A DNA stretch of 64,000 bases from Enoplolaimus lenunculus (taxonomy: Eukaryota). The stretch lies in assembly GCA_030248215.1 (NCBI GenBank), contig JASANG010000273.1, positions 310,001-374,000 on the forward strand, in the 5' to 3' direction. Positions within the stretch are counted from its first letter, which is position 1; each line of letters begins with the position of its first letter. Shown in pieces: positions 59,285-64,000 of this stretch. The notes beneath the pieces were generated by a model. That model saw only the letters and a list, made by a program, of their open reading frames with translations, ran no database searches and was not told the DNA's origin. The translations under genes were made by a program, and so were the position numbers.

Positions 59285-59659
59285 CTGTAAGAAAATACAG
59301 TAAGAAATGTATTGCACCTTATTTAGTAGTTGTGATTGGATTTCAAACAAGCTACAATATTGTATCTACGAATGAAAACGTGCACTACCGGCGAAATTCC
59401 CGCAGCAATAGCTGTTATACTAGTTGATAGGGTGTCAACGGATAGTAAAAATAATGGAAACGGATAGTGATCAAAATAACATAAACGGAAAACGGATAAA
59501 AGTTTCAAAGTTTAAACAATTACAGCATAATCAAAAATTGCGGAATATATACGTGATATACAACTAATTTTTGAGCATGAAAATAACAGAATTTCCGGTA
59601 TTTCTATGACAGAAACCGATTTTTAACGGAAACGGATATCCAGTTACACCCTGCTAGTT

Positions 59660-60900
59660 AGTGATAGGTTTTCAAACAAGTTAACTACAGTGTCTAGGAA
59701 TCCAAAAATACAATCAGTGTTGTTTAGGTATAGCAGTTTCCTATTTATAGCGATAGGTTTTCAAACAAGCGAACTACAGCATCGCCAAACGATCAATACA
59801 TTAGTGTCAGTACTAACAGGAGTGGATGATGTCCACCTTGCAGAAGAGTGTGCAACTGTTTGGGCTGTGCATGTTACTAAATGTACCAGTACGCGTTGTA
59901 TTTTTGTTCGACCCCCCCTCAATCAGGGGGGGTTTAAGCAAGAGATTAACAGTATGCTTCAGTACACCTACCCCCCTTAAACAAGGGGGGTTGCAATTTG
60001 CTCCTAGCATTACTACGATATAAAACTGCATACAGACCCCCTACACAAGGGGGGTAGGCCAAAAACGCAACGCGTGCCGGGTACATTCTTTAATACACAG
60101 AATGTACCCAGTTGCACACTTGTTATAAAGAGTGATCATCCACTCTTGGTATTACTTATCTATAGCAGATATCAACAGATGTAACAACAGGATTTTAAAC
60201 AAGAGAACAACGGTGTCTCTGAATGATAAGCGACACTGCGGTCAGTTTTCCTTATCTGTAAATTATGAACAGTTGGCGAAGTGATAGTTTTTCAAACAAA
60301 ACAACTAAAAGTATCTGCAAATGAGAAATTTCACTAGAATTAGCGTTACTTAACTATAACAGTTATGACCAGTTAGCGATAGGTTATCAAACAAGCGAAC
60401 TAGAGTATCTACAATTGGGCAACTACATTGGGTCAGTACTACTAAACTTAAGCAGTGGTTTACATGTAGTGATAGGTTTTCGAACAATCGAAGTACAAGA
60501 TTCGCGAATGAGAAATTACACTTGAGTCAATACTCAAATACTGGATGGTTACTCTTAGACAAAAGAGCGCAATAAACTAGGTTGTGTTGTGTGTGGTACA
60601 AAAAGTGCCAGCATTCGTTGTGTTTTAATCCTATCGCCATTTCATTCAATTAAACAATAAGGGAGGTAGGCCAAAAACGCAACGTGGGTACATTTTGTAC
60701 ACAGAATGCGCTCAGTTGCACACTTGGTAAGAGAGTAATTATTCACTCTTGGTGTTACATAGCTATGGTAATTGTTATCAGGGATATGTTTCCAAACGAG
60801 AATTACAGTATCATATGATTAACTACAGTAATTTTCAACAGTTAGTAATAGGTTTTCAAACAATCGAACTACAGTATCTGCAAGCGAGCAAACTACACTA
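59660..60900. repeat. Old tandem repeat of about 93 bp (GATAGGTTTTCAAACAAGCGAACTACAGTATCT core), interrupted by MITEs
   Basis: Core at about 59661, 59750, 60185, 60281, 60376, 60469 and 60846. Confidence 0.65.
59820..60145. mobile_element. Palindromic MITE with internal C-run/G-run hairpins
   Basis: TIR GAGTGGATGAT / ATCATCCACTC; internal AGTGTGCAACTG / CAGTTGCACACT; related remnants at 60545-60750 and 61495-61570. Confidence 0.65.
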
Positions 60901-61880
60901 CGCGAGTTCTCGAGTCACCTGCACCGCACGAGAGCGATGCCCGAGTGCACCGCACGTTTAAATCAAGCTTGATAGCGCGCGTTTATACATATATCGGAAG
61001 GACAATAAGCCGTGCTGCAACTGACTTGTACAACGGTCACACAACGGACAATCTTTGGTTTAAAACTGACCTTGTAAGACCAGAGAACTCCCGAGACACC
61101 ATTTCTAAAATGGTTTTATAAGCACCACTCTTTTGCATACTGAGCCTGCGGATCAAACAAGTTTTCCATTCTTCAACTAAAGGGAAACTTTAAATTGTAG
61201 CTTAAAGGGGAATATCGCTTGATACTACTCGACAAAATTTAGTATTTTTTAGTGTTTTAATATCTTTCTGTATTATCATGTATGCTCATACCCATTCTAC
61301 TCCTGCAGAGAAATTAAAATTTCAGCTTAGTCCCATTGCACAGCATGACACTTTGAATACTAGACATCAACACATGGTTAAAACTTGGTTAACCGTGCCT
61401 CAAGTGTTCCGAACAGTTATGCCCAAAAGACACGGTGGTTGTAGCCCGACTCTTTAACACGTGAGCCGTGGTACAGTTGCAAATGTAGCTTGGGTTTCCC
61501 AAAAACGCAACACGCGCTGGATTCAATGTTGTCTGCACAAAATGTACGCAGTTGTGTACTGTAACGTGCACTCGGTTCTAACTTTGGTGATTCATGAGTA
61601 AATTGAAAATTTTCATTTGTGTATACTCGTTCGGTTGTCAGCTGACTGGCAACAACAAATGAGTTAGCTACCGCTGCCCATATTTATAAAATATAAAAAA
61701 TCGTAAACAAATTTAATTTAAGAAATAATTTTCAAACTCACCTTGGCACCCAGTGACACCGCTACCAGGTAACACAGCGTTTGAAAATGAAACAAAAACG
61801 CCGAGGCAAGTTTAGTCGGGCAAGACACTGAGTAAAAGTGAGATCCGCTATGGTGCTAAAAATTGAGAATAACCAATCCT

Positions 61881-64000
61881 AAAAACTGCACAGTTTTATT
61901 ACATTTCCAATAATTGCACAGTTTCATTACATTGCTAAATATTGCACAGTTTCATTACATTTCCAAAAACTGCACAGTTTCATTACATTGCTAAACACTA
62001 CACAGTTTCATTACATTTCCAATAACTGCACAGTTTCATTACATTTACAATAACTGCGCAGTTTCATTACATTTCCAAAAACTGCACAGTTTCATTACAT
62101 TTCCAAAAACTGCACAGTTTCATTACATTTCCAAAAACTGCACAGTTTCATTACATTTCCAAAAACTGCACAGTTTCATTACATTTCCAAAAACTGCACA
62201 GTTTCATTACATTTCCAAAAACTGCACAGTTTCATTACATTTCCAAAAACTGCACAGTTTCATTACATTGCTAAATACTGCACAGTTTCATTACATTTCC
62301 AAAAACTGCACAGTTTCATTACATTGCTAAACACTACACAGTTTCATTACATTTCCAATAACTGCACAGTTCATTACATTTACAATAACTGCACAGTTTC
62401 ATTACATTTCCAAAACCGCACAGTTTCATTACATTTTTGAAAACTGCGCAGTTTCGTTACATTTCCAAAAACTGCACAGTTTCATTACATTCCCAAAAAC
62501 TGCACAGTTTCATTACATTCCCAAAAACTGCACAGTTTCATTACATTTCCAAAAACTGCACAGTTTCATTACATTTCCAAAAACTGCACAGTTTCATTAC
62601 ATTTCCAAAAACTGCACAGTTTCATTACATTTCCAAAAACTGCACAGTTTCATTACATTTCCAAAAACTGCACAGTTTCATTACATTTCCAAAAACTGCA
62701 CAGTTTCATTACATTTCCAAAAACTGCACAGTTTCATTACATTTTTGAAAACTGCGCAGTTTCGTTACATTTCCAAAAACTGCACAGTTTCATTACATTT
62801 CCAAAAACTGCACAGTTTCATTACATTTCCAAAAACTGCACAGTTTCATTACATTTCCAAAAACTGCACAGTTTCATTACATTTCCAAAAACTGCACAGT
62901 TTCATTACATTGCTAAACACTACACAGTTTCATTACATTTCCAAAAACTGCACAGTTTCATTACATTTCCAAAAACTGCACAGTTTCATTACATTTCCAA
63001 AAACTGCACAGTTTCATTACATTTTTGAAAACTGCGCAGTTTCGTTACGTTTCCAAAAACTGCACAGTTTCATTACATTCCCAAAAACTGCACAGTTTCA
63101 TTACATTTCCAAAAATGCACAGTTTCATTACATTGCTAAATACTGCACAGTTTCATTACATTTCCAAAAACTGCACAGTTTCATTACATTGCTAAACACT
63201 ACACAGTATCATTACATTTCCAATAACTGCACAGTTTCATTACATTTCCAAAACCGCACAGTTTCATTACATTTTTGAAAACTGCGCAGCTTCGTTACAT
63301 TTCCAAAAACTGCACAGTTTCATTACATTCCCAAAATCTGCACAGTTTCATTACATTCCCAAAAACTGCACAGTTTCATTACATTTCCAAAAACTGCACA
63401 GTTTCATTACATTTCCAAAAACTGCACAGTTTCATTACATTTCCAAAAACTGCACAGTTTCATTACATTTCCAAAAACTGCACAGTTTCATTACATTTCC
63501 AAAAACTGCACAGTTTCATTACATTTCCAAAAACTGCACAGTTTCATTACATTTCCAAAACCGGCACAGTTTCATTACATTTCCAAAAACTGCACAGTTT
63601 CATTACATTTCCAAAAACTGCACAGTTTCATTACATTTCCAAAAACTGCACAGTTTCATTACATTTCCAAAACCGGCACAGTTTCATTACATTACTAAAT
63701 ACTGCACAGTTTCATTACATTTCCAAAAACTGCACAGTTTAATTACATTACTAAATACTGCACCGTTTCATTACATTTCCAAAAACTGCAGTTTCATTAC
63801 ATTTCCAAAAACTGCACAGTTTCATTGCATTTCCAAAAACTGCACAGTTTCATTGCATTTCCAAAAACTGCACAGTTTCTTTACATTTCCAAAAACTGCA
63901 CAATTTCATTACGTTTCTAAAAACTGCACAGTTTCATTACATTTCCAAAAACGGCACAATTTCATTACGTTTCTAAAAACTGCACAGTTTCATTACATTT
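61881..64000. repeat. 28-bp satellite (AAAACTGCACAGTTTCATTACATTTCCA)n running off the window end
   Basis: About 75 tandem units, each with an AAACTG-CA-CAGTTT palindrome; recurring variant units. Confidence 0.97.

Noticed and set aside
59660..60900. Conserved core with variable intervening sequence, superficially CRISPR-like
   Set aside because: The cores are degenerate, the spacers are homologous to each other, there are no cas genes, and the context is eukaryotic.
61389..61571. Candidate upstream exon of the orphan gene
   Set aside because: Partly homologous to the MITE at 60060-60120, and no consistent phase chain to 59284.
62437..63742. Repetitive ORFs and possible CRISPR array in the 28-bp palindromic repeat
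   Set aside because: Head-to-tail satellite with no spacers.

Overview
AT-rich, intron-containing eukaryotic DNA from an invertebrate. TTTTCAG/TTTTAG acceptors and abundant TTAGGC-like arrays are compatible with a nematode, but this is inference only. Four spliced genes were assembled by hand with phase-consistent GT-AG junctions. (1) A + strand TCF19-like FHA...PHD gene (2631-22719, 5' end not found), expanded to about 3,200 aa by very long polyQ and low-complexity exons. (2) A - strand RING/B-box/coiled-coil (TRIM-like) gene (44592 to about 32686). (3) A 5-exon + strand gene (50952-54378, 276 aa) for a bacterial-type amidinotransferase-fold enzyme with ArgZ/arginine-dihydrolase-like motifs rather than animal DDAH motifs; this is the most interesting item. 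(4) A partial - strand orphan gene (59284-55178). Introns and intergenic DNA are rich in mobile elements: two decayed RT+RNase H non-LTR retrotransposon copies, a Helentron/DINE-1-like element, hAT-type MITEs, a MITE family carrying telomere-like TTAGGC arrays, and two foldback-like elements in inverted orientation around the TRIM gene. There are also 31-bp, about 93-bp and 28-bp tandem arrays. No database searches were run; family calls rest on recognised motifs.
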